A DNA stretch of 64,000 bases from contig DATIWK010000122.1 in assembly GCA_035519395.1 (NCBI GenBank), forward strand, positions 7,275-71,274, given 5' to 3'. The position numbers were made by a program, and so were the translations under genes. The stretch comes from Anaeromyxobacteraceae bacterium. Its GTDB lineage: Bacteria > Myxococcota > Myxococcia > Myxococcales > Anaeromyxobacteraceae. Below are positions 1 to 9,237 of the stretch, piece by piece. The notes below the pieces were generated by a model. That model saw only the letters and a list, made by a program, of their open reading frames with translations. It did not search any database and was not told the origin of the DNA. The first letter of the stretch is position 1; each line of letters begins with the position of its first letter.

Positions 1-658
1 CACCCAGCAGTTCACCACCTACGCCGACGGCCAGACCGGCATGATCGTCCACGTGGTGCAGGGCGAGCGCGAGCTGGCGCGCGACTGCCGCTCCCTGGCG
101 CGCTTCACGCTGAAGGGGATCCCCCCCATGCCCGCCGGGATCGCGCGGGTGGAGATCACCTACGCGGTGGACGCGGACGGCATCCTCCAGGTCTCGGCCC
201 GCGAGCTCACCACCGGGCTCGAGCAGAAGATCCAGGTGAAGGCGACCTACGGGCTCTCCGAGGAGGAGGTCGAGCGGATGCTGGTGGAGAGCATCGAGCA
301 CGCGGAGGCCGACGTCTCGGAGCGGTTCCTGCGCGAGTGGCGGGTGGAGGGGGACCGGATCCTGGTGTCGCTGGAGACCGCCTTCCGGCTCGACGGCGAG
401 GTGCTCTCGGCGCCGGAGCGCGCCGCCATCGAGGAGCGGACGCGGGGGCTGCGCGAGGCGATCGCGGGGACGGATCACTTCGCCATCAAGGCCTGGATCG
501 AGTCGGTGGACGCGGCCTCGAAGGAGTTCGCGGAGCGGCGCATGAACAAGCACATCTCGCAGGCGATGGCCGGACACCGCGTGGAGGAGTTCGCCGGCCA
601 GATCGTCCAGAACCCGCGCGCCACCGGGTCGAGGGAAGACGACCTCGAGAACGCCTGA
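1..658 (+). CDS. hscA: Fe-S chaperone HscA (Hsp70 family), C-terminal part, truncated at window start
   Basis: Hsp70 substrate-binding motifs (HVVQGERE, GIPPMPAG, VDADGILQVSA); lies upstream of fdx and iscX. Confidence 0.9.
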   Translation, partial: TQQFTTYADGQTGMIVHVVQGERELARDCRSLARFTLKGIPPMPAGIARVEITYAVDADGILQVSARELTTGLEQKIQVKATYGLSEEEVERMLVESIEHAEADVSERFLREWRVEGDRILVSLETAFRLDGEVLSAPERAAIEERTRGLREAIAGTDHFAIKAWIESVDAASKEFAERRMNKHISQAMAGHRVEEFAGQIVQNPRATGSREDDLENA

Positions 659-963
659 TGCCCAGGGTCACCTTCCAGCCGTCGGGGCGGAGCGCCGAGG
701 TGCGGCGCGGGTCGTCGCTGCTCGAGGCGGCGGAGGCCGCCGGCGTGGAGCTGCCCCACAACTGCGGCGGTGTCTGCGCCTGCACCACCTGCCACGTCTG
801 GATCGAGCGGGGACTCGAGACGCTCAGCGCGATCGAGGAGCGCGAGGACGACCGGCTGAACGAGGCCTCGGGGCTCCGGCTCGAGTCGCGGCTCGGCTGC
901 CAGGCGCGCGTGGGGGAGTCGGACGTGGTGGTGCGGGTGCCGGGGAATCGGATCGCGTCGTAG
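658..963 (+). CDS. fdx: ISC 2Fe-2S ferredoxin
   Basis: CGGVCACTTCHV and RLGCQ motifs; ATG overlaps the hscA stop (TGATG). Confidence 0.92.
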   Translation: MPRVTFQPSGRSAEVRRGSSLLEAAEAAGVELPHNCGGVCACTTCHVWIERGLETLSAIEEREDDRLNEASGLRLESRLGCQARVGESDVVVRVPGNRIAS

Positions 964-1000
964 GTCGAGGTCGGGGTCGAGGTCGCAGTCGCGGTCGAGG
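964..1000. repeat. Hexameric (nnGTCG)n microsatellite
   Basis: GTCGAG GTCGGG GTCGAG GTCGCA GTCGCG GTCGAG. Confidence 0.75.
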
Positions 1001-1009
1001 AGGAGCGCC

Positions 1010-1207
1010 ATGAAGTGGACCGACGTCCGCGACATCGCCATCGAGCTGGCCGAGCGCCATCCGGGCGTCGCGCCGCTGACGCTGCGCTTCACGGATCTGC
1101 ACCGCTGGGTGACCGAGCTGCCCGGGTTCGACGACGCGCCGGATCACTCGAACGAGAAGCTCCTGGAGGCCATCCAGATGGCGTGGCTCGACGAGGTCGA
1201 GGACTGA
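1010..1207 (+). CDS. iscX: Fe-S assembly protein IscX
   Basis: MKWTD..IAIEL, LRFTDLH.W, NEKLLEAIQMAWLDE; AGGAG RBS. Confidence 0.93.
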   Translation: MKWTDVRDIAIELAERHPGVAPLTLRFTDLHRWVTELPGFDDAPDHSNEKLLEAIQMAWLDEVED

Positions 1208-1208
1208 C

Positions 1209-2258
1209 CTACGCCGCCCACTTCAGCAGCGCCGGCGCGATCAGCCCGAGCGGCAGCACCTGGTCCACCCCGCCGCGCTCGATGGCCTCCTTGGGCATCC
1301 CGAACACCACCGAGGTCTGCTCGTCCTGGGCGATGGTGTGCGCGCCCACCTGCTTCAGCTCCAGCATGCCCTCGGCGCCGTCGTCCCCCATGCCGGTGAG
1401 GATCACGCCGACGGCGTTGCGGCCGGCGGCCTGCGCGGCGGAGCGGAACAGGACGTCCACGCTGGGCCGGTGGAGCGACACCGGGGGGCCCTCGACCACG
1501 TCCACGAAGTAGAGCGCGCCGCTGCGGCGCACCACCAGGTGGTGGTTGCCGGGGGCCACCAGCGCCCGGCCGGAGACCAGCCGGTCGTTGGAGCATGCCT
1601 CCTTCACCTCGATCCGGCAGGTCTGGTCGAGCCGCTTCGCGAACTGGCCGGTGAAGGCCTCCGGCATGTGCTGCACGATGGCGATTCCGGGCGCGTCGGG
1701 CGGCATTCCCTCGAGCAGCTGCCGCAGCGCCTCGGTGCCTCCGGTGGACGCGCCGACCACCACCACCTTGTGGGTGGTGTCGCGGATCAGCGGCGCGCGC
1801 GGCGGGACCACCGCGTCGGCGGAGCGCCGGACCGGCACGGGCGGCGGGGCCGGGCGGCGCTGCACGCGGGCCTGGACCGCCGCCCGCACCACCTGCACCA
1901 GCCGCTCGGCGGAGCCCTCCAGGAAGCCCTTCACCCCCAGGCGAGGCTTGGCGACGATGTCCACCGCGCCCAGGTCCAGCGCCTGGAGCGCGACGTCGCT
2001 CCCCGGCCCGGCGAGCCCGGAGCAGACCACCACCGGCAGCGGGTCGTCGGACATGATCCGCTGCAGGAAGGTGAGGCCGTCCATCCGCGGCATCTCGATG
2101 TCGAGGAGGATCGCGTCCGGGCGCTCGCGCCTCATCTTGTCGAGCGCGATGAGCGGGTCCGGAGCGGTGATCACCTGCATCCCGGCGCGCCCCAGGATCT
2201 GGCTCATCGCCTGCCGCACCACCGCGGAGTCGTCCACCACCAGGACCACGGTGGGCAT
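1209..2258 (-). CDS. cheB: Chemotaxis methylesterase CheB (REC + methylesterase)
   Basis: [31 protein letters not shown]. Confidence 0.93.
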   Translation of the reverse strand: MPTVVLVVDDSAVVRQAMSQILGRAGMQVITAPDPLIALDKMRRERPDAILLDIEMPRMDGLTFLQRIMSDDPLPVVVCSGLAGPGSDVALQALDLGAVDIVAKPRLGVKGFLEGSAERLVQVVRAAVQARVQRRPAPPPVPVRRSADAVVPPRAPLIRDTTHKVVVVGASTGGTEALRQLLEGMPPDAPGIAIVQHMPEAFTGQFAKRLDQTCRIEVKEACSNDRLVSGRALVAPGNHHLVVRRSGALYFVDVVEGPPVSLHRPSVDVLFRSAAQAAGRNAVGVILTGMGDDGAEGMLELKQVGAHTIAQDEQTSVVFGMPKEAIERGGVDQVLPLGLIAPALLKWAA

Positions 2259-2263
2259 GGGCG

Positions 2264-3178
2264 TCAGGGCCTCACGTCCGGCGCGCGGACGTAGACGGTG
2301 GGGAGGACGGCGCGGGCGCCGGCGGTGAAGCCGCCCAGGCTCTCGGCGTGCCCGAGGAAGAGGAACCCGCCGGGCGCGAGCCGCTCCAGCAGCCGGTCCA
2401 CCACCTTCACCTTGGTGGCGCGGTCGAAGTAGATGAGCACGTTCCGGCAGAAGACGAGGTCGAACGCGCCGGCGGCGGGCCAGGCGTCGCCGTTCAGGTT
2501 GAGCCGCGCGAACTTGACGGCGGCGCGGAGCTCGGGCCCGGCCTTCATGAGGCCCTCCTGGCCGCCGACGCCGCGGAGCATGAACGCCTTGAGGTGGCGG
2601 TCCGGGATCTCCTTCGCCTTCTCGATGGGCCACACCGCCTGCCGCGCCCGGTCGAGCACGCGCGTGGAGAGATCGGTGGCGAGGATCTCGAGGTCCCAGC
2701 CCGGCGAGAAGGCGGCGAGGAGCGACATGGCGAGCGAGTAGGGCTCCTCGCCCGTCGAGCAGGCGGCGCTCCAGACCCGGACGCGGCGGGGGCGCCGCCC
2801 CGCGTCGGCATCCTCCGTCCAGCGCGGGTAGACGCGGTCGGCGAGGAACTCGAAGTGGCGGGGCTCGCGGAAGAAGTGGGTCTCGTTGGTGCAGATGCAG
2901 TCGAGCATGCGGATGCGCTCGGCCTCGTCCTGCTCCACCACGTCGTAGTAGGCGCCGTAGGAGGTGAGGCCGAGCTCGCGCAGCCGCCGGGCCAGGCGAC
3001 CGACCAGGAGGGCCTTCTTGACCGGCGACAGCCAGATGCCGGCCTCGCGGTTGATGAGCGCCTGGAACCGGAGGAAGTCGCGGTCGCTCACCCCCACGGG
3101 CGATCCGGGTGAGCCGGCCGCCGCCGGCCCCGGGCCGGGCGGATCGGGTGCCACCCGCCACCCCCCTGCGCGCGTCAC
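2264..3178 (-). CDS. cheR: Chemotaxis methyltransferase CheR
   Basis: [37 protein letters not shown]; GTG overlaps the cheW stop; start uncertain. Confidence 0.9.
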   Translation of the reverse strand: MTRAGGWRVAPDPPGPGPAAAGSPGSPVGVSDRDFLRFQALINREAGIWLSPVKKALLVGRLARRLRELGLTSYGAYYDVVEQDEAERIRMLDCICTNETHFFREPRHFEFLADRVYPRWTEDADAGRRPRRVRVWSAACSTGEEPYSLAMSLLAAFSPGWDLEILATDLSTRVLDRARQAVWPIEKAKEIPDRHLKAFMLRGVGGQEGLMKAGPELRAAVKFARLNLNGDAWPAAGAFDLVFCRNVLIYFDRATKVKVVDRLLERLAPGGFLFLGHAESLGGFTAGARAVLPTVYVRAPDVRP

Positions 3179-3795
3179 GGGGCAGTCGAGGCGGGGGCGG
3201 CGGAGGCGGCCGCGGCGTCCGGCTCCGCCGCGGGCGCCTCGGTGCCGGCCGCCGGCGCGGGGTCGTCCGCGACGACCGGAACGGCGGGCGCCTCGGCCGG
3301 GATCCCCACCTCGCGGACGTGCGTCGCGAACTCCTGCTCGTCGGCGGAGATGACCCGGTCCACGTCGAGGAGCAGCACGAACCGCTTGCCGGCCTTGCCC
3401 ATCCCCAGGAGGTGGTCCACGCGCACCTGGGTGCCGAAGCTGGGCGGCGGCTCGACGTCCTGCGGCGCGAGCTCGATGACCTCGCGGACCGCGTCGGACA
3501 TGACGCCCATGACGGTCTTCTGCCCGTCGAGGACGGCCTCGACGATGAGGATGCAGGTCCAGCGCGTCAGCGGCGTCTCCGCCAGCCCGAACTTGGCGGC
3601 GAGGTCCACCACCGGCACCACGCTGCCGCGCAGGTTGATGACGCCGCGCACCGACCGAGGCGTGGACGGCACGCGCGTGATGGTCTCGTACTGGAGGATC
3701 TCCTTCACCTTCAGGATGGGGATCCCGTACTCGGAGCCCGCCAGCGAGAAGGAGAGGTACTGCTTGCGATCCGCCGCCTCGACGTTCTGGGACAT
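3175..3795 (-). CDS. cheW: CheW coupling protein with Ala/Pro/acidic tail
   Basis: [26 protein letters not shown]. Confidence 0.92.
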   Translation of the reverse strand: MSQNVEAADRKQYLSFSLAGSEYGIPILKVKEILQYETITRVPSTPRSVRGVINLRGSVVPVVDLAAKFGLAETPLTRWTCILIVEAVLDGQKTVMGVMSDAVREVIELAPQDVEPPPSFGTQVRVDHLLGMGKAGKRFVLLLDVDRVISADEQEFATHVREVGIPAEAPAVPVVADDPAPAAGTEAPAAEPDAAAASAAPASTAP

Positions 3796-3813
3796 TCGCT
3801 CCTCCGGTTCCGA

Positions 3814-5463
3814 TCAGGCCTGCGCCGCCGCGGCGCGCTTCAGGGTCTCGCGCAGGATGCCGGCGATGTCCAGGATGAGGGCCACCCGGCCGTTGCCCAG
3901 GATGGACGATCCTGCCACGCCGGGGATTCCCTTGAAGAGGGTGCCGAGCGGCTTGATGACGGTGGAGCTCTCGCCGTGCAGCTCGTCCACCGCCACGCCG
4001 GCCGTCGACGCGCCGTGCTGCACCACCACCACGTTCTCCCGGGGCGGGCGTCCGCCGCCCACGCGGAAGTGCTCCCGCAGACGCAGGTAGGGCAGGGGCT
4101 TGCCGCGGACGTTGATGACGCCGGTGCCGGCGCCGTCCTGCGTCTCGTCCGCGGGCAGCTCCAGGCACTCCACCACCGCGTCGAGCGGCAGGATGAAGGT
4201 CTCGCCGCCGACGCCCACCCGGAAGCCCTGGATGATGGCGAGGGTGAGCGGGACGCGGATGGTGATGGCGGTGCCGCGGCCCGGCGCGCTCTCGACGGTG
4301 ACCGAGCCGCGCAGGGCCTCGACGTTCCGGCGGACGACGTCCATCCCGACCCCGCGGCCCGAGATGTCGGTGACCGTCTCGCTGGTGGAGAGGCCCGGCT
4401 CGAACACCAGCCGCGCGATCTCCTCGTCGTCCACGCGCGAGGGATCCACGGCGAGCCCGAGCGCCGCGGCCTTCTCGGCGATGCGGCGCCGGTCGAGGCC
4501 GGCGCCGTCGTCCGACACCTCGATCACCATGCTGCCCGCCTCGTGGGCGGCGCGCAGCACCAGCCTGCCGCAGGGATCCTTCCCCTGGGCGCGGCGGACC
4601 TCGGGCGGCTCCAGCCCGTGGTCGAGCGCGTTGCGGACCATGTGGGTGAGCGGGTCGCGGATGTGCTCGATCACGGCGGTGTCGACCTCGACGTCCTCGC
4701 CCTCGACGACCAGCCGCGCCTGCTTGCCCTGCGCGGTGGCCAGGTCGCGCACCGTTCGCACGTGCTGGTGGAAGGTGGGCCCGATGGGCACCATGCGGGC
4801 CTTCATGATCAGCTCCTGGAGATCCAGGTAGAGCCGATCGGCCTCGCGGTGCGCCCCGAGGATCTCCTCGACGGAGAGGGCGGCGCGCCGCTCCAGCAGC
4901 TCGGTGAGGCGGCCGCGGGCGATGGCGATCTCGCCGGAGAGGTCCAGCATCCGGTCGAGCTTGCCGACGTCCACCCGCAGCGTGCGGCTCGACCGCTCCG
5001 GCTGCGGCCGGGACGCCTCGCCCGGCTCGCCGCCCTCGCCCGGGGGCGCCGGGGGGGCAGCGGCCTCGCCCCGCGCGGCGCGGGCGAGCCGCTCGCGGAC
5101 GGCCGCCACCTGCTCCGCCGCCCCGGTGCGGCCCGCGGCGGCGTCGGCGGTGGCGGCGCGCAGCACGTCGACGGACCTGAGCAGCGCGGTGACGAGGGCG
5201 TCGCTCACGGTGAGCGTCCGCTTGCGCAGCCGCTCCAGCAGGTCCTCGAGGTCGTGGGCCAGGTCACGCACCGCGTCGAAGGCGACGAGCGAGGCCGCCC
5301 CCTTCACGGTGTGCGCGTCGCGGAAGGCCGCGTGGAGCAGCTCGTCGTCGCCCGGGTTCTTCTCCAGCGCCACGAACACCTGCTCGAGGTGGACGTAGGC
5401 CTCCTCCGCCTCGGCGAGGAACGTCGCCACCAGCAGCTCCCGATCGATCTCGATCCCGTCCAT
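3814..5463 (-). CDS. cheA: CheA histidine kinase lacking the P2 domain
   Basis: Hpt FRDAHTVKG, HMVRNALDHG, DDGAG, SGRGVGMDVV, C-terminal CheW-like domain. Confidence 0.92.
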   Translation of the reverse strand: MDGIEIDRELLVATFLAEAEEAYVHLEQVFVALEKNPGDDELLHAAFRDAHTVKGAASLVAFDAVRDLAHDLEDLLERLRKRTLTVSDALVTALLRSVDVLRAATADAAAGRTGAAEQVAAVRERLARAARGEAAAPPAPPGEGGEPGEASRPQPERSSRTLRVDVGKLDRMLDLSGEIAIARGRLTELLERRAALSVEEILGAHREADRLYLDLQELIMKARMVPIGPTFHQHVRTVRDLATAQGKQARLVVEGEDVEVDTAVIEHIRDPLTHMVRNALDHGLEPPEVRRAQGKDPCGRLVLRAAHEAGSMVIEVSDDGAGLDRRRIAEKAAALGLAVDPSRVDDEEIARLVFEPGLSTSETVTDISGRGVGMDVVRRNVEALRGSVTVESAPGRGTAITIRVPLTLAIIQGFRVGVGGETFILPLDAVVECLELPADETQDGAGTGVINVRGKPLPYLRLREHFRVGGGRPPRENVVVVQHGASTAGVAVDELHGESSTVIKPLGTLFKGIPGVAGSSILGNGRVALILDIAGILRETLKRAAAAQA

Positions 5464-5473
5464 CGCGTCCTCG

Positions 5474-5995
5474 CTACAGCTGGCGCACCCAGGCCGAGCC
5501 GTCGTCCACGTGGAAGATGAGCTTGCGCCCCCGCGTCCCGCCCACGTCCCGGTCGAGGATGGGGATGCCGGCCTCGTCCAGCAGGCGCGCGGCGAGGATC
5601 GCGTTCTCCTCGCCCAGGTTGCGCGAGCCCCGGAACGCGCCGATGACCGAGGCCCCGCCGAACACCTTCGCCTGCAGCGCCGCGCGGCGCGCGCCGGCGG
5701 CGATCACCCGCTCCACCAGCTGCGGGATGGCGACGTTGCCGAAGCGCGCCGACTTCTCGCGCTCCACGTGGTGGGGGAGGAGGTAGTGGTTCATGCCGCC
5801 GACGCGGTTCACCGGGTCGAAGAGGCAGACCGCGACGCAGGAGCCGAGGATGGTGGTGATGGCGGTCGGCTCCGCCGCCACCGCGAGCTGGCCGGCGTGC
5901 AGGTAGATCTGGGCGCGGCCGCCGGCGGCGGGCGCGGAGCCCGAGGCGGTGCGCTCCGAGACGAGCAGCTGGTGCGGCACGTGCGCCACGATCAC
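5474..5995 (-). CDS. cheD: Chemoreceptor glutamine deamidase CheD
   Basis: TILGSCVAVCL, GGMNHYLLP, AKVFGGA, DVGGTRGRK. Confidence 0.9.
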   Translation of the reverse strand: MIVAHVPHQLLVSERTASGSAPAAGGRAQIYLHAGQLAVAAEPTAITTILGSCVAVCLFDPVNRVGGMNHYLLPHHVEREKSARFGNVAIPQLVERVIAAGARRAALQAKVFGGASVIGAFRGSRNLGEENAILAARLLDEAGIPILDRDVGGTRGRKLIFHVDDGSAWVRQL

Positions 5996-6825
5996 CCCGC
6001 CGCCGCGCGCGGGGCGCCCGCGCCGCCGCGATGGTGGAGGGCGAGCCCGGCGTGCGCGGAGAGCAGGTCGAAGACGGCCTGGTCCGAGGGGCCGAAGCTG
6101 GGCTTGTGCCCCAGCAGGCGGAAGATGGCCACCGTTCCCCAGACCTCGCCGCCGACCCGGAGCGGGATGCAGGCCGAGAGGTCGCCGTCCGCGGGGGAGG
6201 GCGCGCCTTCGCGCCCCGCCACGTAGAGGCGTCCGGTCCGGGCGACCCGGCCGATGGCGCCGGCGTCGAGCGGGACGGCCCGGAGCGGATCCGGGTCCAC
6301 GCCGAAGGCGTGGACCACGCGCAGGGCGCCCTCCCGGTGCTCGAGGATGGCGAACTCCTCCGAGCCGATGACGTTGATCACGATCTCCTGGATCGCGGCG
6401 ATGGTCTCCTCGCGCGTCTGCCCGGCGTGGAGCCGGTCGAGCGCGACGTAGAGCTGGGCCAGCTCGGAGCTCTGCTCCTGGACGGTGACGTACTCGTCGC
6501 AGATGCGCCGGTTCTCGGCCTCGATCTCGTCGAGCCGCGCGCGGAGCCGCTCGCGCTCCGCCTGCGCGTGCTCCACCGCCTCGCGCGCCAGGGCCAGCTC
6601 GGCGGCGAGCCGCTTCTTCTCCAGGTCGATGGCGGGGGACCCGGGGGACGGGTCGCGGGGCGCCGGCGCCGCGGCGGGCGCGCGGACCTCCGTGAGCCGC
6701 TCGTGGTTCGACTTGAGGGAGCTGATGAGCTCGCGCAGCTTGTCGTTCACCTGCTTGAGGTCGCGGCCGGTCTGCGCGCCGGGCGCGCCGTCCGCGGCGC
6801 TCTTGGGGATGCGGTCGTTCGGCAT
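5992..6825 (-). CDS. Soluble coiled-coil + GAF domain protein
   Basis: Long heptad-rich N-terminal half; GAF-like C-terminus (GAIGRVARTG, ACIPLRVGGEVWGTVAI, F...DQAVFDLLSAHAGLAL). Confidence 0.75.
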   Translation of the reverse strand: MPNDRIPKSAADGAPGAQTGRDLKQVNDKLRELISSLKSNHERLTEVRAPAAAPAPRDPSPGSPAIDLEKKRLAAELALAREAVEHAQAERERLRARLDEIEAENRRICDEYVTVQEQSSELAQLYVALDRLHAGQTREETIAAIQEIVINVIGSEEFAILEHREGALRVVHAFGVDPDPLRAVPLDAGAIGRVARTGRLYVAGREGAPSPADGDLSACIPLRVGGEVWGTVAIFRLLGHKPSFGPSDQAVFDLLSAHAGLALHHRGGAGAPRAAAG

Positions 6826-6832
6826 GGGGGGC

Positions 6833-7204
6833 CTACTGGCCGAGGCAGCTCCGGACCTTGGCGAGCAGCTCGAGCCCGTTGATGGGCTTGGTCACGTAGT
6901 CGTTGCAGCCGCTCTCGTACCCGGTCTCGACGCTCGACAGCTCGCCGCGCGTCGTCACCATGATGACCGGGATCTCCCGGGTGGCGTCCTCGGCCCGGAG
7001 CTTGCGGACGGCCTCGAAGCCGTCCATGCGCGGCATCACCACGTCCATGAGGATCAGGTCCGGCCGCTCGGCGCGCGCCTTCTCGACCCCTTCGACCCCG
7101 TCGCGTGCGGTGACCACGTCGTACTCGCTCTTCGACAGGATCATCCGCTCCATGAGGAGCACCGTGCTCGAGTCGTCCACGAGCAGGATCTTCTTGCGGT
7201 CCAT
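6833..7204 (-). CDS. Single-domain response regulator (CheY-like)
   Basis: ILLVDDS, LILMDVVMP, MVTT, YVTKP; GGAGG RBS. Confidence 0.9.
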   Translation of the reverse strand: MDRKKILLVDDSSTVLLMERMILSKSEYDVVTARDGVEGVEKARAERPDLILMDVVMPRMDGFEAVRKLRAEDATREIPVIMVTTRGELSSVETGYESGCNDYVTKPINGLELLAKVRSCLGQ

Positions 7205-7239
7205 CGTTCCTCCCGAGCGGAGCTTCCGCCGCGGATGTT

Positions 7240-7255
7240 TGCAAGCCCGGCACCA
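7240..7255 (-). promoter_or_regulatory. Putative sigma54 (-24/-12) promoter of the che operon
   Basis: TGGTGCCGGGCTTGCA = GG-N10-GC, about 35 bp upstream of the RR start. Confidence 0.65.
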
Positions 7256-7576
7256 GCCGGGTGCGGGATTGGCGCTCCGACCGGTGTGCGATGTGTGTGC
7301 CGGTGATCCCGCTCGCCGCCGCCCGAATCCCGATGGATCACCGGCCGCTCGACGCCGCGGCGCCGCCCCCCGCCGCGCACCGGCGCCGCGGGGGAAGGAG
7401 ACCGGCGCCGCGGGGAGGCTCGCGACAGGGGGGTTGCATGGACCCCGGGGGTGGCGCGTCTGGGGGTCGCGACGACCCCGAGGCCGAGGTCGCGGTCCGC
7501 GCCGCGGTCTCCCCGTCGCGCATACGGCCGGCATCGCCGTCTCAACACCGCGTGATCCCGGTGAGATCCACCCGGC

Positions 7577-8209
7577 GTGACGCATGCTCGAGGCGGCTCC
7601 GTGCTCGCCGCCCTCACCCTCGCCACGGCGCTGGCGGCGCTGGCGGCGCCTCGTCTCCGTCCGCCGGACGCGCCGCCGGAGGCGGAAGGCGCCGCCGACG
7701 CGCTCCGCGCCCTGGCGCGCGCGTCGGCCGGAGAGCCGCCGATCGGCGAGGTGCAGGAGGCGGCCGCGAGGCGCGCGGGCGGGACCGACGACCCCGACCT
7801 GGCGCGGGGCCGGCTCGCGGCGCTCCTGCCCCGCCTCTCGATCGAGGTCCGCCACGATCAGCGGAGCGATCGCGTGGCCGGACTGCAGGGCGCGGGAGAG
7901 GTGGACTACGTCCGGTTCGCGCCCGGGAATGCCATCTCCGTCCAGGCGACCTGGGAGCTGTCGCGGCTCGTCGAGCCGCACCCCATCTCCGAGGCCACCC
8001 GCGCGTCGTCGGACCGGATGCGGCGGCGCGACGAGGCGGTGAAGCGCGCGACCGAGCTGTACTTCGAGCGGCGGAAGCTCCGGCTGGCGCTGCTCCTCGA
8101 TCCGCCCCGCGAGATCCGGGCCCGGGCCGAGGCCGAGATCTCGCTCGACCGGATCACCGCGGAGCTGGATGCGCTCACCGGCGGCCTCTACGCACGGGGC
8201 CGCCCGTGA
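7577..8209 (+). CDS. Exported protein resembling one OEP/TolC repeat
   Basis: Signal peptide; helix, LLPRLSIEV strand, ISVQATWEL strand, helix ELYFERR. Confidence 0.55.
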   Translation: MTHARGGSVLAALTLATALAALAAPRLRPPDAPPEAEGAADALRALARASAGEPPIGEVQEAAARRAGGTDDPDLARGRLAALLPRLSIEVRHDQRSDRVAGLQGAGEVDYVRFAPGNAISVQATWELSRLVEPHPISEATRASSDRMRRRDEAVKRATELYFERRKLRLALLLDPPREIRARAEAEISLDRITAELDALTGGLYARGRP

Positions 8210-9183
8210 CGATCCGCCGTGTGCGAGGGGCGGCCGGCGCGGCAGCGCTGCTGGCCCTGGCGTGCGGGCCGGCTCGCCCGGACCCCTTCGTGCGGATCGT
8301 CGCCGTCGAGCCGGCAGGGCCCGTCGACCCAACCGCCGCAGCGTTCGAGGTGACCTTCAGCGGCGCCGTGGACGCCGGCGGCGTCGCGGACGCTTCGCGC
8401 ATCGCCCTCGTCCGGGAGGAGGACGTCCGCGCGGCCGCCGCGGCGGTGGATTCGGACGAGGGATCCTCCGGGCCGCCGGCCATCCCGGTCCGGGCGGAGC
8501 TGACCGGCGATGGCGTCCGCGCCCGTCTCGAGCCGCTCGCGCCGCTCGTACCCGACGCCGGCCACGCCGTGGTGGTCTCGTCCCGGCTCCGCGACACGTC
8601 GGGGCGCCCGGTCCTCGACCCGGACGGCAGGAGGCGCACCTTCGTCCACCTCTTCCGGACGGGCCCGGCGCCAGGCCCTCCGCCCGCGCCGGTGATCCTC
8701 GAGGTCCGTGCCCGCGCGGCGACACCCGAGGCGGGGGGCGAGTACGTGGAGATCGCGAACCTGGGCGCCGGGCCCCTCGACCTGCGCAGCTACCGGCTCG
8801 GAAAGCGGACGTCGTCGGGGACGCTCGCCACCTGCGCGATCGAGGCGCGCGACGGCGGGCCCGTTCCGCCGCGCGGGTTCGCGCTCGTGGCGGGAGGGGC
8901 CTGGGACGGGCGGTACGCCCTGCCCCCGGGCACCGCGCGCTACGCCTGTGGCGCGACGGCGCTCGCGGGTGGGATCGCCGACGGGCGCCCGCCCGAGATC
9001 CTGCTCCTCTCGCCCGGGGGCGAAGCCGCCTCCTCGCTCGGCGCCGGTGGCGTCGCGCCCATGTGCGACGTGGTCGAGCGGATCCACCCGCTCGGTCCCG
9101 ACGCGGCCGGGAACCTGGCCTGCGCCGAAGAGGGGACGCCCGGGGCGTGCAACGCCGCGACGCCTTCGGGGGAGTGTCCGTGA
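8206..9183 (+). CDS. Lipoprotein with Ig-like (Big_5-like) and lamin-tail-like (LTD) domains
   Basis: Lipobox LALAC; FEVTFSGAVD..LEPLAPL..LRDTSG; ILEV..GEYVEIANLGAGPLDL..GTPG; GTG overlaps the upstream stop. Confidence 0.7.
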   Translation: MTIRRVRGAAGAAALLALACGPARPDPFVRIVAVEPAGPVDPTAAAFEVTFSGAVDAGGVADASRIALVREEDVRAAAAAVDSDEGSSGPPAIPVRAELTGDGVRARLEPLAPLVPDAGHAVVVSSRLRDTSGRPVLDPDGRRRTFVHLFRTGPAPGPPPAPVILEVRARAATPEAGGEYVEIANLGAGPLDLRSYRLGKRTSSGTLATCAIEARDGGPVPPRGFALVAGGAWDGRYALPPGTARYACGATALAGGIADGRPPEILLLSPGGEAASSLGAGGVAPMCDVVERIHPLGPDAAGNLACAEEGTPGACNAATPSGECP

Positions 9184-9237
9184 CCTGCCGATGGGGCCGG
9201 GGCGGGCGGCCCGACTCCGGCGCACATCGACGGCCCT

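Noticed and set aside
7261-8205. Long N-terminal extensions given in the ORF track (this ORF and cheB, cheR, frzCD, frzG, pilP and others)
   Set aside because: They overlap real upstream genes; downstream starts with stop/start coupling or an RBS fit better
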